Positions 22,384-31,586 of a stretch of 64,000 bases of DNA are shown here, in pieces; position 1 is the first letter of the stretch; each line of letters starts with the position of its first letter. The stretch spans positions 15,004 to 79,003 of the forward strand of contig DATJKA010000054.1 in NCBI GenBank assembly GCA_035491815.1. Direction: 5' to 3'. Position numbers and translations under genes: made by a program. The notes below the pieces were generated by a model. That model made no database searches. It was given only the letters and a program-made list of their open reading frames with translations, and was not told the DNA's origin. The DNA is from Gemmatimonadales bacterium (GTDB lineage Bacteria; Gemmatimonadota; Gemmatimonadetes; Gemmatimonadales; GWC2-71-9).

Positions 22384-24075
22384 ATGTGGTTCGGATTTAA
22401 ACTTTCGCAGCGATTGGCCAGGGGATTCTTCATGTTTGCGAGCGCCGCATTGTTCGCGGCGTGTGCCGACGTACGTCCCACAGAATCCCCGTCCCATCCC
22501 GTTTATACCGTCATCGTCTCTCCAGACACTGCCACGATCGCCGTGAGTGATACGCTCAGGCTCGCCGTCGCGCTCTTCGACGCGAACGGGACTGCCTTGT
22601 CGGGCCGCGCGGTCACGTGGAGCAGCGACGCGGCGGGCATCGCCGCCGTTTCCCCCGACGGACTGGTCTCTGCAGCAGACAGCGGCACGGCCACGATCAG
22701 CGCGACGAGCGAGGGCAAGGTCGCGACCGCGCGCGTGAAAGTGCATGGCCATCCGGCTACTGACCACGCCGGCTTCTTCGTGTCGCCGAGTGGCTCGAGC
22801 ACCGCGGATGGCAGCATCGATCATCCGTGGGATCTGCCGACGGCCCTCGCGAACGCGAGCAGCCGCGTGCAGCCCGGTGACACGATCTGGCTCCGCGGCG
22901 GCACATATCGCGGCAACTTCCGCAGCATGCTGAGCGGCACGGCGTCGCAGCCGATCGTCGTCCGGCAATATCCCGGCGAGCGCGCGATCATCGATGGCGC
23001 GACCGGCAACTCCACGGCCAGCACCTGGTACGTGGGCGGGCAGTACAGCGTCTTTTGGGGCTTCGAGCTCATCAACTCCGATCCCAATCGCGTGCTGTCG
23101 TCCACCGGGCGGCGCTACAACGTCGTCGCGAACTACGCCAACCACACGAAGTACATCGACCTCATCGTGCACGACGGCGGTGTGGCGTTCTACAACGAGT
23201 CGCCGTACTACGACGTCGAGATCGTGGGCTGCATCATCTACGACGAGGGCTGGCAGGGGCCCGACCGCGGCCATGGCCACGCGATCTACCTGCGCAGCAA
23301 CACCGGGCCGGTGACGGCGCGGGACAACATCATGTTCAACCAGTTCGGCTATGGGGTGCACGTTTTCACCAACCCGGGCGAGGGGCAGCTGGACAACATC
23401 CACCTCGACGGCAACGTCTCGTTCAACAACGGCACATTGTCGAACAATTCGAACTCGTCGAACATTCTCTTTGGCGGTGACGACTATTCCACGGGTGGCG
23501 TCCTGCAAAACAACATGACGTACGAGTCGCCGGGCGTGCCGGGACCCAACATCGAAGTGGGCTACGGCGCGACCGTGAACGGCACGGTGCAGCTGAGCAA
23601 CAACTACATCGCGGCCGGCGGCACGGTGCTCGCCGTCGGATATTGGTCGTCGCTCACGGCGAGCAGCAATCAGCTGATCGGCACGGGGCAGATTCTGCAG
23701 ATCAACGATCCGAGCATCTCGGCCAGTACGTTCTCGGGCCAGACGCAAGGCGCGCTGCCGACGCTCACCAAGGTCGTCGTGCGTCCCAACCCGTACGAAG
23801 CCGGCCGCGCCAACATCGTCGTGTACAACTGGGGCGGGCAGAGCGCGGTGTCCGTGGATCTGTCGGCCATCGTGCCGCGTGACGCCCAGTTCCAGATCCG
23901 CAACGTCCAGGACTGGTTCGGGACGCCGGTCGTGAGCGGCATCTACAGCGGCGGTTCCGTTTCCATTCCGATTCGCAGCGTGACACCGCCGACGCCCATC
24001 GGCATGTCGAGCTCGCCCGCGCCGTCCACCGGCACGGCGTTCGCCACTTACGTGGTAACGATTCAGGGTCAGTAG
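22384..24075 (+). CDS. Lipoprotein: Big_2 domain plus right-handed parallel beta-helix (paralogue 3 of 4)
   Basis: Signal ...FMFASAALFAAC. Big_2 (VSPDTATIAVSDTLRLAVALFD...ATISATSEGKVATARVKV), then family motifs DHPWDLPTAL...VQPGDTIWLRGGTYRGNFRS, DRGHGHAIYLRS, IMFNQFGYGVHVFT, VRPNPYEAGRANIVVYNW, IRNVQD. Confidence 0.8.
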   Translation: MWFGFKLSQRLARGFFMFASAALFAACADVRPTESPSHPVYTVIVSPDTATIAVSDTLRLAVALFDANGTALSGRAVTWSSDAAGIAAVSPDGLVSAADSGTATISATSEGKVATARVKVHGHPATDHAGFFVSPSGSSTADGSIDHPWDLPTALANASSRVQPGDTIWLRGGTYRGNFRSMLSGTASQPIVVRQYPGERAIIDGATGNSTASTWYVGGQYSVFWGFELINSDPNRVLSSTGRRYNVVANYANHTKYIDLIVHDGGVAFYNESPYYDVEIVGCIIYDEGWQGPDRGHGHAIYLRSNTGPVTARDNIMFNQFGYGVHVFTNPGEGQLDNIHLDGNVSFNNGTLSNNSNSSNILFGGDDYSTGGVLQNNMTYESPGVPGPNIEVGYGATVNGTVQLSNNYIAAGGTVLAVGYWSSLTASSNQLIGTGQILQINDPSISASTFSGQTQGALPTLTKVVVRPNPYEAGRANIVVYNWGGQSAVSVDLSAIVPRDAQFQIRNVQDWFGTPVVSGIYSGGSVSIPIRSVTPPTPIGMSSSPAPSTGTAFATYVVTIQGQ

Positions 24076-24099
24076 CAGAACCAACCCGGAGCTGGTCCC

Positions 24100-24145
24100 A
24101 ACTACTAGGCGTCTAGGCGCCTTGGCGTCTCGGCGTCTAGTAGTT
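24100..24145. repeat. Four tandem 8-nt units (NGGCGYCT) bracketed by a 9-bp inverted repeat
   Basis: AACTACTAG (24100-24108) pairs with CTAGTAGTT (24137-24145). Between them lie AGGCGTCT, AGGCGCCT, TGGCGTCT and CGGCGTCT (24107-24138). Located between beta-helix genes 3 and 4. Confidence 0.8.
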
Positions 24146-24180
24146 TGGCACCCCGCCGCTGAGCCGGGGTATCGTGGCTG

Positions 24181-25596
24181 ATGCCGAGACTCACGAGCCG
24201 CATTGCCTTCCTCGCCACTGTCGCCGCCCTCACTGCCGGGTTTGCGCCGAGCGTCGCACAGAACGGGCGCAGCTACTACGCCGCGCCCACGGGAACGCAT
24301 GCCGGCAATGGCAGTCGCGCGCATCCCTGGGATCTTGCGACCGCGCTGGCGGCGCCGTTGCAGCCGGGTGATACGCTGTGGCTCCGGGGCGGTGTCTACC
24401 GCGGCGCGTTTCGGTCGACGCTGCAGGGGCGCGAATCCGCGCCGGTCGTGGTCCGCCAATATCCCGGCGAGCGCGCCATTCTCGACGGCCGGGGGTCACA
24501 CAGCCACGGGCTCACCGTCCGCGGCGACTACTCGATGTTCTGGGGCTTCGAGCTGACGAATTCCGATCCCGCGCGCGCGACGGCGGTGCTGGGCACCGAG
24601 GTGCGACCCGACGTCGTCGTCAACGACGCCTCGCACACCAAGTACATCAATCTCATCGTGCACGACGGCGGAGTGGGTTTCTACAACGAGCCGCAATCAC
24701 TCGACGTCGAGGTAGCGGGCTGCGTCTTCTACAATAACGGCTGGCAGGGACCAGACCGCGGGCATGGCCATGGTCTGTATCTCAAGTCATACGCGGGGCC
24801 GCTGGTGGTGCGCGATAACGTCGTCTTTAACCAGTTCGGCTACGGGATCCACGCGTACACCAATGCGGGCACGGGCAAGCTGATCAACATCCACATCACC
24901 GGCAACGTGTCGTTCGACAATGGGGTGCTGGCGTCGAAGCCCGGCTCGGCGCCCAACATTCTGCTCGGCGGCGCCGATTACGCGAGTGGGGATGAGGTGT
25001 CAGGCAACTTCACGTACTTCCCGCCCACCGTGCGGACGGCCGACGTCAACGTGCGGATTGGATTTGGGCAGACGCGCAACGGCGACGTGCAGGTGACGGA
25101 CAACTATTTCGCCGGCGGTGATCCGGTGCTCGAGTTCGGCTTCTGGGCGGCGGCGCGGATCGCCGACAACACGCTGCTCGCGCGCGGCAGCGGTCCGTTG
25201 ATTCGCCGCATCGATCCGGTGGGCGAGGCGAGCGCGTCGCATATCTGGCGCGACAATCACGAGGCGACGCCTCCGGCCGACGCGAAGATCGTCGTGCGAC
25301 CGAATCCATACGAAGCGGGCCGCGCGATCATCATCGCCTACAACTGGGGGCATCAGGCCACGGTGACGGCCGATCTGTCGGCCGTCCTCGGCCGCGGCGA
25401 CAATTACGAGATCCGGAGTGTTCAGGACGTCTTCGGCGCGCCCGTGACGTCCGGTACCTTCGACGGTAATGCCGTCCGGGTGCCGATGCACCGGACGGCC
25501 CCGCCGATTCCGGTGGGAATGACGAACTCACCCGCGCCGGTCACGGCGCCCGAGTTCGACGTCTTTCTGGTGACCCGCGCACCTTCAAAGCCCTAG
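24181..25596 (+). CDS. Secreted right-handed parallel beta-helix protein (paralogue 4 of 4)
   Basis: Sec-type signal ...TAGFAPSVAQNG with no lipobox. Family motifs AHPWDLATALAAPLQPGDTLWLRGGVYRGAFRS, DRGHGHGLYLKS, VVFNQFGYGIHAYT, VRPNPYEAGRAIIIAYNW, IRSVQD. Confidence 0.8.
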   Translation: MPRLTSRIAFLATVAALTAGFAPSVAQNGRSYYAAPTGTHAGNGSRAHPWDLATALAAPLQPGDTLWLRGGVYRGAFRSTLQGRESAPVVVRQYPGERAILDGRGSHSHGLTVRGDYSMFWGFELTNSDPARATAVLGTEVRPDVVVNDASHTKYINLIVHDGGVGFYNEPQSLDVEVAGCVFYNNGWQGPDRGHGHGLYLKSYAGPLVVRDNVVFNQFGYGIHAYTNAGTGKLINIHITGNVSFDNGVLASKPGSAPNILLGGADYASGDEVSGNFTYFPPTVRTADVNVRIGFGQTRNGDVQVTDNYFAGGDPVLEFGFWAAARIADNTLLARGSGPLIRRIDPVGEASASHIWRDNHEATPPADAKIVVRPNPYEAGRAIIIAYNWGHQATVTADLSAVLGRGDNYEIRSVQDVFGAPVTSGTFDGNAVRVPMHRTAPPIPVGMTNSPAPVTAPEFDVFLVTRAPSKP

Positions 25597-26066
25597 CTCC
25601 AGAAAATCGATCGATAGACCGCCAACATGCGGCCGACCAGTAGCGCGTCGTCGAGGCCGGGCGGGATGACGTGCACCGGCGCCCGCGTGCGCACTTGGGC
25701 GCGTTCGGCATCCGACGCCACGATCACGGCGTCTGCCCTGCGGACCAGCAGACTGCGGGCGTTTGCGGCATTCACGTTCACGACGAGCGGCACGCGTTTC
25801 GGCAAGGCGATCCAGATCGTCCCCGGCGCGTCGCAGTGCGCCACGTCGTAGCGTCCGCGATGCAGGCGCGGCCGCAGCCGGGTCCAGGCCGCGAGATATC
25901 CCCACGGATTTCGGCCGCCGTGGAAGGCAAAGATCTCCACCGGCACACCCGCAGCGTGCAGCGCGGCAGCGTGCTGTTTGGCGATGCTTGGCGGTGGCCG
26001 AGGGGGAGGGATGCGGACAACCGGCCATTCCCCGGTCAGCAGCAGCACCCGGGGAAATGTGAGCAT
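25593..26066 (-). CDS. Internally deleted GT4 paralogue (N-domain remnant with an intact ORF), probably non-functional
   Basis: 157 aa. It aligns to the N-domain of the GT at 13064-14137 (VEIFAFHGGRNPWGYLAAWTRLRPRLHRGRYDVAH versus LEVFAFRGEKNPLNYLRAWRRFRRRLHAGRFDLVH) and to its extreme C-terminus (MLAVYRSI versus VLRVYRSV). The EX7E catalytic half is missing. Confidence 0.6.
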   Translation of the reverse strand: MLTFPRVLLLTGEWPVVRIPPPRPPPSIAKQHAAALHAAGVPVEIFAFHGGRNPWGYLAAWTRLRPRLHRGRYDVAHCDAPGTIWIALPKRVPLVVNVNAANARSLLVRRADAVIVASDAERAQVRTRAPVHVIPPGLDDALLVGRMLAVYRSIFWS

Positions 26067-26864
26067 CTACGAGGGCCGCTCCCGTGTCCGCAACCGGACG
26101 TACTGGGCGTATAAAGGAGGGAAGAGGTGCCGCGCGACGCCGCGGAGCCAGCGCACGAGCTGGACCCGCTGCCACCCGCGGAACGCGACGAGCTGCGCGA
26201 TCGTCGTGGCCGACACGCCGGCTTTCAGAATCACCCGGCCGAGCACCCAGGTCTGGCCGACGCGGCCGGGGCGCAGCTGCGGCTCCGAAGTGAAGAGATA
26301 GTGGAGTCCCGCCTCGCTGACCGACTCCAGCACGGCGGGCGAGATGTCGCCCCCGGGCACCGACGCCGCCACGCACGGCTCGCCGAGCAACCCCTCGAGA
26401 ATCGCGCGGCTGACCCCCCACTCGGTCGCCATCATGCCGCGCGAGAGGTTGCGGAAAATGTCGGGGTGCGTGTGCGAATGTGTACCGACCACGTGTCCCG
26501 CGCTGCGCAGCGTGCGGATGTCGGCCGGCTTGAGGAAGGTCCGCTCGCCGATGCGCGACGTGATGATGAAGAAGTGCGCGAGCCAGCCGCGGCGCGCCAG
26601 CTCGTCGGCGACGTACATGGCGCTCGCGCCGCCGTCGTCGAACGTCAAGGCGAGATGGCGGCCGCGCTCGAGGTCGAGTGCCGTCACGAGCTCCGGTCGG
26701 AGCCCACCTTTGGCGATCGCATCGAGATGTTTGTTGAAGACGCGTGGACTGAACGTGTATGGCAGCGCGCCGGGACGCTGAAAGCCCGACGTCGTGGGAT
26801 CGTCGGTGACCTCGTGGTACATCAGTCCCGCGACTTCGGTGTGCGACTTGCCGGTCATGCTCAC
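26067..26864 (-). CDS. Polysaccharide deacetylase (NodB-homology, CE4)
   Basis: Motifs TFDDGG, HSHTHP, and ...LFTSEPQ. Confidence 0.8.
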   Translation of the reverse strand: MSMTGKSHTEVAGLMYHEVTDDPTTSGFQRPGALPYTFSPRVFNKHLDAIAKGGLRPELVTALDLERGRHLALTFDDGGASAMYVADELARRGWLAHFFIITSRIGERTFLKPADIRTLRSAGHVVGTHSHTHPDIFRNLSRGMMATEWGVSRAILEGLLGEPCVAASVPGGDISPAVLESVSEAGLHYLFTSEPQLRPGRVGQTWVLGRVILKAGVSATTIAQLVAFRGWQRVQLVRWLRGVARHLFPPLYAQYVRLRTRERPS

Positions 26865-26882
26865 TCACCCTTCACCGCGGCA

Positions 26883-27944
26883 TTAACGCGACAGCGGGAT
26901 CGCGGTCGGGTCGCGCCACAATCCTCTCCGCCCGAGCAGCGCGCCGCGGAGGCCGCGCAGGAATCCGAACCCGTAGCTGAAATGCACGACGGGGAAGACC
27001 ACGGCGAGCGCGGCGGCGCACCGCACGCCATGCGAGCGCACGACGCGGCCGACGCTGCCCAGCACCCCCAACGCATAGAGCGCCGCCAGCCCCAGGCCGA
27101 TGTACCAGGCGGGACGCCAGAACAGCCCCCCGATCAGTGCCGCGCCGAGCGCGCTGACAAAGCCGGCCGGCACGAGCTGCCGCAGCGTCATCACGCGACC
27201 GACTTTGCGCGCGACCAGCGGTTTGAACGCGCCATACTGATAAAACATGCGCGACAGCTGGGGAATTGAGCCGCGGGCGTAGTAGTAGCACAGAACGTCG
27301 GGGAGCAGACGGATGCGCCCGCCCCGCGTGAGAATACGGGCATTGAACTCGTCGTCCTGGTTGCGCACCAAGTCCTCGTCGAAGTAGCCGACCTTCTCGA
27401 AGATCTCGCGGCGGTAACAGCCGAACGGCACGGTGTCGACGTAGCGCGCCTCGCGCGCGCCCAGCCGGAAGTGCGCGTTGCCGACGGCGAACGGATGTGC
27501 CATCGCGATGGCAATCGCCTGCGCCATCGCGGTGCCGTCGGCCGGCAACGTGATCATGCAGCCGCCGACGTTATCGACGTCGCCCTCGGAGAGACCCTGG
27601 ACCAGCCGCGGCAAATACTCGGGCGGGTAGATGACGTGCGCGTCCATCCGGACGATGATGTCTCCCTGCGACGCGGTGATGGCCGTATTCAACGCCGTCG
27701 GCACGATCCGCTGCGGATTGTCGAGCAGTCGAATCTCGGGATTGTGGGCCGCCAGATCCTGCACGATCCGCCGCGTGCCGTCCGAGCTCATGCCGTCGAC
27801 CACGAGAATCTCCAGGCGATCTTTGGGATACGCCGTCGCGAGGATCGAGTCGAGACAGGCCGCGATGTATCGTGCCTCGTTGCGGCAGGGCAGGATGACG
27901 CTGACGTGCGGCTGCGTCCCGGGGGGGAGAGAGGACGTGCTCAC
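26883..27944 (-). CDS. Glycosyltransferase family 2 with C-terminal TM segments
   Basis: VSVILPCRNEARYI, VVDGMSSDGT, IVRMDAH (DXH). Hydrophobic C-terminal third. GTGA overlap with the upstream gene. Confidence 0.85.
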   Translation of the reverse strand: MSTSSLPPGTQPHVSVILPCRNEARYIAACLDSILATAYPKDRLEILVVDGMSSDGTRRIVQDLAAHNPEIRLLDNPQRIVPTALNTAITASQGDIIVRMDAHVIYPPEYLPRLVQGLSEGDVDNVGGCMITLPADGTAMAQAIAIAMAHPFAVGNAHFRLGAREARYVDTVPFGCYRREIFEKVGYFDEDLVRNQDDEFNARILTRGGRIRLLPDVLCYYYARGSIPQLSRMFYQYGAFKPLVARKVGRVMTLRQLVPAGFVSALGAALIGGLFWRPAWYIGLGLAALYALGVLGSVGRVVRSHGVRCAAALAVVFPVVHFSYGFGFLRGLRGALLGRRGLWRDPTAIPLSR

Positions 27945-29344
27945 GCCGGCACTGCTCCACGATCCAATGCGGCGGCGCGCTCCGCCGGCGAGAGCCGGGA
28001 CACGACCGCGCGCAGCTTGCCGTTCGAGGTGCGCGGCACCTCGGAGACGCGCTCGATCTGGACGCGGACGGCGCCCATGCGCTGCTGCAGCCGCTCGACG
28101 ATCAGTTGTTCATGCGATTCGCCGAACTCAGGCGCCGGCGCGACCAGCACGATGAGGAGATCGAGCGCCTCTTGCACGATTTGCGAATGGCGCACGGGAA
28201 GCCCCGTGAAGACGGCACCGACCCGCGCCGCCTGGCGCCCATCTTGCGTCACCAGCACGTCGTTGGTGCGGCCCTCGATCGGCCCAAGCACCGGCAGACT
28301 GCGGCCGCAGGGACACGGGCCTCCCGGCGCCCCCATGGGGCGCTGCCCGCGGTCTCCGACCCGGTAGCGGATCAACGGCATGTCGGGATTGAGCAGGCCG
28401 GTGCAGACCATCTCGCCCGAGTCGCGAATCTCGATGTGACCGAATTCGGGCCATTGGTGCAGCCGGCCCGCCGAGCACTCGCTCGCGGCGGCGACCGCCT
28501 CGGCCATGCCGTACGTCTCGCGCACGGCGCAATGGAAGGCGGTGCGCACCAGCTGCCGCTGCTCGGCGGAGAACGGCTCGGCGTTCGTGTAGATCGCGGT
28601 CATCTGCAGATCGAGACGCTCCTGGCGCATCGCCTCGTGTGCGAGCGCGTGCAGCGCCGACGGATAGCCCGCCATGTAGACGATGCGATACTGGGCGAGC
28701 GCGTCGAGGTAGTGGGGGATGAGATCGGGCGCAAGGTGATACGACGAGAGATAGAGCTGCCGCATCGCGGCGTTCCACACCCAGAACGGCGGCCGCCGCC
28801 GCTGCACTGGCGTGACGAGCTGGCCGCCCAAACGTGCCCAGCGCGCAGTAGCGGGGATCCCGTCCCAGCCACGCGTGCGCGCGTCGGCGATGGCATGGAG
28901 CGTCGCGGTCGTCGTGCGCGAGCGCCAGATCTCGATCGGCGTGCCGGTGGTGCCGCTCGTATGCTCGTGATACATGCGGCGCGGGTCGCAGTCGTCGGCC
29001 AGGAAGGCGCGCGGGTTGGCGCGCACGGCGTCCTTCTCGAGCAGCGGCCAGTTCTTCAGCAGGTCCCATGACGCACGGTCGCCGCGGCGCCGCCGTCCCG
29101 CCCAATGCTCCCGATAGAACGGCACGCGCGTCGCGGCGCGGTGCAGCACGTACGCGAGGCGTTCGGCCAGCCACGTGTCCCACTGCGCCGCACTCCAGCG
29201 ATCGCGCTCCTGAGCTTCCTCCATCAAGGCGTCGCTGTCGGGGCCGTAGCGCCAGCGGTTGAGATACCAGCCACGCAGCGTGGCCGCGGCGGACCGCAGG
29301 TGCGGCGGGAGACAATGGTAGAACTTGAGCAGGCGCGCAGTCAT
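27941..29344 (-). CDS. CapK / phenylacetate-CoA-ligase-like adenylate-forming enzyme (paralogue 2)
   Basis: HTSGTTGTP. N-terminus MTARLLKFYHCLPPHLRSAAATLRGWYL matches MSSRLLKVYHRLPPRARSAVATLRGWYL of 20603-22003. Confidence 0.8.
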   Translation of the reverse strand: MTARLLKFYHCLPPHLRSAAATLRGWYLNRWRYGPDSDALMEEAQERDRWSAAQWDTWLAERLAYVLHRAATRVPFYREHWAGRRRRGDRASWDLLKNWPLLEKDAVRANPRAFLADDCDPRRMYHEHTSGTTGTPIEIWRSRTTTATLHAIADARTRGWDGIPATARWARLGGQLVTPVQRRRPPFWVWNAAMRQLYLSSYHLAPDLIPHYLDALAQYRIVYMAGYPSALHALAHEAMRQERLDLQMTAIYTNAEPFSAEQRQLVRTAFHCAVRETYGMAEAVAAASECSAGRLHQWPEFGHIEIRDSGEMVCTGLLNPDMPLIRYRVGDRGQRPMGAPGGPCPCGRSLPVLGPIEGRTNDVLVTQDGRQAARVGAVFTGLPVRHSQIVQEALDLLIVLVAPAPEFGESHEQLIVERLQQRMGAVRVQIERVSEVPRTSNGKLRAVVSRLSPAERAAALDRGAVPA

Positions 29345-30291
29345 GCGGTTCTCCGTAAACCGGCGAGGGCGGCAAGCACCGGAGCGAAGGACAATCGCGC
29401 AGCGCTGTGCCAGCGTCCTGATTCAATCGTCGCGCCGACCTGACGTAGAAAGGCTCGGCGCGGCTCTCCAAAACGACGCTGGAGTTGATCGGGGACGAGT
29501 CCCCGGCCGAACAGCCGGCGATGCTCACCATCCACATAGGACAGGTAGCCGCTGACGGCGGGCACCACGCCGCACGCGAGCGCCGTCGCGAACAGATAGT
29601 CCCAGTCGATGGGCGGCGCGCGCCGCAGCAGCGGCATGACCCAGGCGAGGTCGGCGAGCCGCAGTCCGGCAGGCGCGTACGCGCGCTCCACCACGAGCAG
29701 GAGGAAGTGATCCTCGGGCGTGGCGACTCGGCAGGTCGTGCGACCCACCGGTTGCGGGCGCGCCCGTCCCAGCAGCTGGCGCGCGAACCACGCGTGCTCG
29801 CCGAACCGGCCGACCCGGCCGTGACGCACGCGGATCTGGATGCCGTACGGCGCCACGTACGTGGACGACCCGGCGAGCTGGCGGTGCAACGCGATGCCGC
29901 GCCGCGCCGCGGGGCGCGCCGGCGTATCACGGAGAATTGCACGGTCCAGCGCGGCCGAGCGGGGCGCATCGATCAGCAGCGCAACACGTCCGCTGTCGGG
30001 GTACCGCTCCGCGACGCCGAGGAATGCGTGCGACAGGCCGAGCGCCGTACAGCGATCGGTGAGGCGATCGACGATGGCGAGCGTGCGCTCCGTGGCGGCG
30101 CACGCCGTGGCGGCCGTCGCTCCCAATCCGGGCGGCAGCTCGTCGCCATGGGCGAGCAGGACGTCCGCCAGCCGGACGATCACGCCGCCCGCGCTTGCGA
30201 GGCGCTCGGCCTCCACGAGATCGAGGGCGTCGGGATCGCCGACGCGGTCGTCGACGAGGAGCCGCAACACGCTGGCCTCGGCGCTCGTCAC
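29341..30291 (-). CDS. Hypothetical protein, possibly of the uncharacterised nucleotidyltransferase (NTP_transf_5-like) family
   Basis: 316 aa, soluble, with 4-nt overlaps on both sides. The family call rests on a weak by-eye resemblance only. Confidence 0.5.
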   Translation of the reverse strand: MTSAEASVLRLLVDDRVGDPDALDLVEAERLASAGGVIVRLADVLLAHGDELPPGLGATAATACAATERTLAIVDRLTDRCTALGLSHAFLGVAERYPDSGRVALLIDAPRSAALDRAILRDTPARPAARRGIALHRQLAGSSTYVAPYGIQIRVRHGRVGRFGEHAWFARQLLGRARPQPVGRTTCRVATPEDHFLLLVVERAYAPAGLRLADLAWVMPLLRRAPPIDWDYLFATALACGVVPAVSGYLSYVDGEHRRLFGRGLVPDQLQRRFGEPRRAFLRQVGATIESGRWHSAARLSFAPVLAALAGLRRTA

Positions 30292-31565
30292 GCGGCGCTT
30301 TCTCCCTCGGCGAACAGTGGCCGCGTGACCGGTGCGGGCGCCGGCGCGCGGCGTGTGTTCTGAAGCAGCTGTGCGAGCTGCACGCCGTTGCGCCAGAGAT
30401 CGTACTTCTCTTCGGTGCGTTTGCGCGCCCGGATCGCAATCTCCCGGCGCTCGTCGGGATGGCGGAGCAGGCGCGCGATCTCCCCCGCGAGCGCGTACAC
30501 GTCTTGGGGGGGCACCAGCACGCCGCAGCCGTCGCGCAGCGCATCGGGGATGCCGGCGACGTCGGACGCGACGACCGGAGCGCCGAGCGCCATCGCTTCC
30601 CGCACGACGTTCGGGAGACCGTCACCCAACCCGTCGGACGGATGCACGACCATGGTGGCGCGATTCATGGCTTCGCGGACGCCCGCAAACGACTGCCACC
30701 CACGGAAGTCCACGTGTTCGGCGATGCCGAGCTCGACCGCGAGCGCCTGCAAGCGGGCGCGGTCTTCGCCGTCGCCGACGAACTCGACGGTGATGGGCAG
30801 CCCCTGCGCACGCAGCACCTGCGCCGCGCGCACGAGATAGTCGAAGCCCTTCATCTTCGTCAGCCGGCCCACGGCCAGGAGCGTGTGCGAGGCGCGACCG
30901 TCGAGCTGGAACGGAAACTCGTCGAGATTCAGGCCGTGGTGGGAGACGTGCACCTTGCTCTGAATTCCCGGTACGTCGCTGAAATGCTCGACGATGTAGC
31001 TCTGGTTGAACTCGCAGCACGTCAGGACGTTGTCGGCATACGCCAGCTTTTCGCGCATGAACGCCGGCGAGCGGTACAGGTCCGTACCCGCGTGCAGCCA
31101 GATCGAGAACGGCAGCTGCGGTGCCGCCAGCCGGTGGAACGCGTAGGCGATCGTCCCGGCGTAGTTGCCCCAGTACGCGAGCACGTGGTCGTAGCGGTGC
31201 GTGTACTGCGCCGCCCACGCCCACGCCTTCGGCAGCGCGTAGGCGGTCTTGGCGAGCCGCATCGGCCCATAGCGGGCGGCGGCCCGCAGCACCGCGACCG
31301 CGTCGCGTCCCGCGATCGGCAGACGCCGGCGCAGCACGGGCCGCGAGAGGTTGAGCGCCTGCAGGAACTCGAGATGATGAATGCGGTGCCGCGGGAGATG
31401 CGCGGGTCCGAGCAGGTCGAGCGAATTTCCCCACTCCGACGCATCGAGCGGGTAAATGGGAAACACGTCGATCTCCACCCCGGTCTCGATCAACGAACGC
31501 ATGTCACGCTCGAAGAAGGTGGACACGCGGGCGGGGTACTTGCTCGTGAATACGGCGAGGCGCAT
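30288..31565 (-). CDS. Glycosyltransferase family 4 (GT-B)
   Basis: MRLAVFTSKYP...; C-domain ...MVVHPSDGLGDGLPNVVREAMALGAPVVASDVAGIPD (EX7E-type). Confidence 0.85.
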   Translation of the reverse strand: MRLAVFTSKYPARVSTFFERDMRSLIETGVEIDVFPIYPLDASEWGNSLDLLGPAHLPRHRIHHLEFLQALNLSRPVLRRRLPIAGRDAVAVLRAAARYGPMRLAKTAYALPKAWAWAAQYTHRYDHVLAYWGNYAGTIAYAFHRLAAPQLPFSIWLHAGTDLYRSPAFMREKLAYADNVLTCCEFNQSYIVEHFSDVPGIQSKVHVSHHGLNLDEFPFQLDGRASHTLLAVGRLTKMKGFDYLVRAAQVLRAQGLPITVEFVGDGEDRARLQALAVELGIAEHVDFRGWQSFAGVREAMNRATMVVHPSDGLGDGLPNVVREAMALGAPVVASDVAGIPDALRDGCGVLVPPQDVYALAGEIARLLRHPDERREIAIRARKRTEEKYDLWRNGVQLAQLLQNTRRAPAPAPVTRPLFAEGESAA

Positions 31566-31586
31566 GACGGGCTCCGTTTCCTCAGT

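Noticed and set aside
24146-24160. TGGCAC upstream of beta-helix gene 4 as a sigma54 promoter; a similar TGGCA-N-TTGC on the minus strand at 14228-14243
   Set aside because: The GG-to-GC spacing is one nt too short at 24146 (GG-N9-GC) and one nt too long at 14228-14243 (GG-N11-GC). Sigma54 promoters are very intolerant of spacing changes. I kept only the correctly spaced site at 50733-50747.
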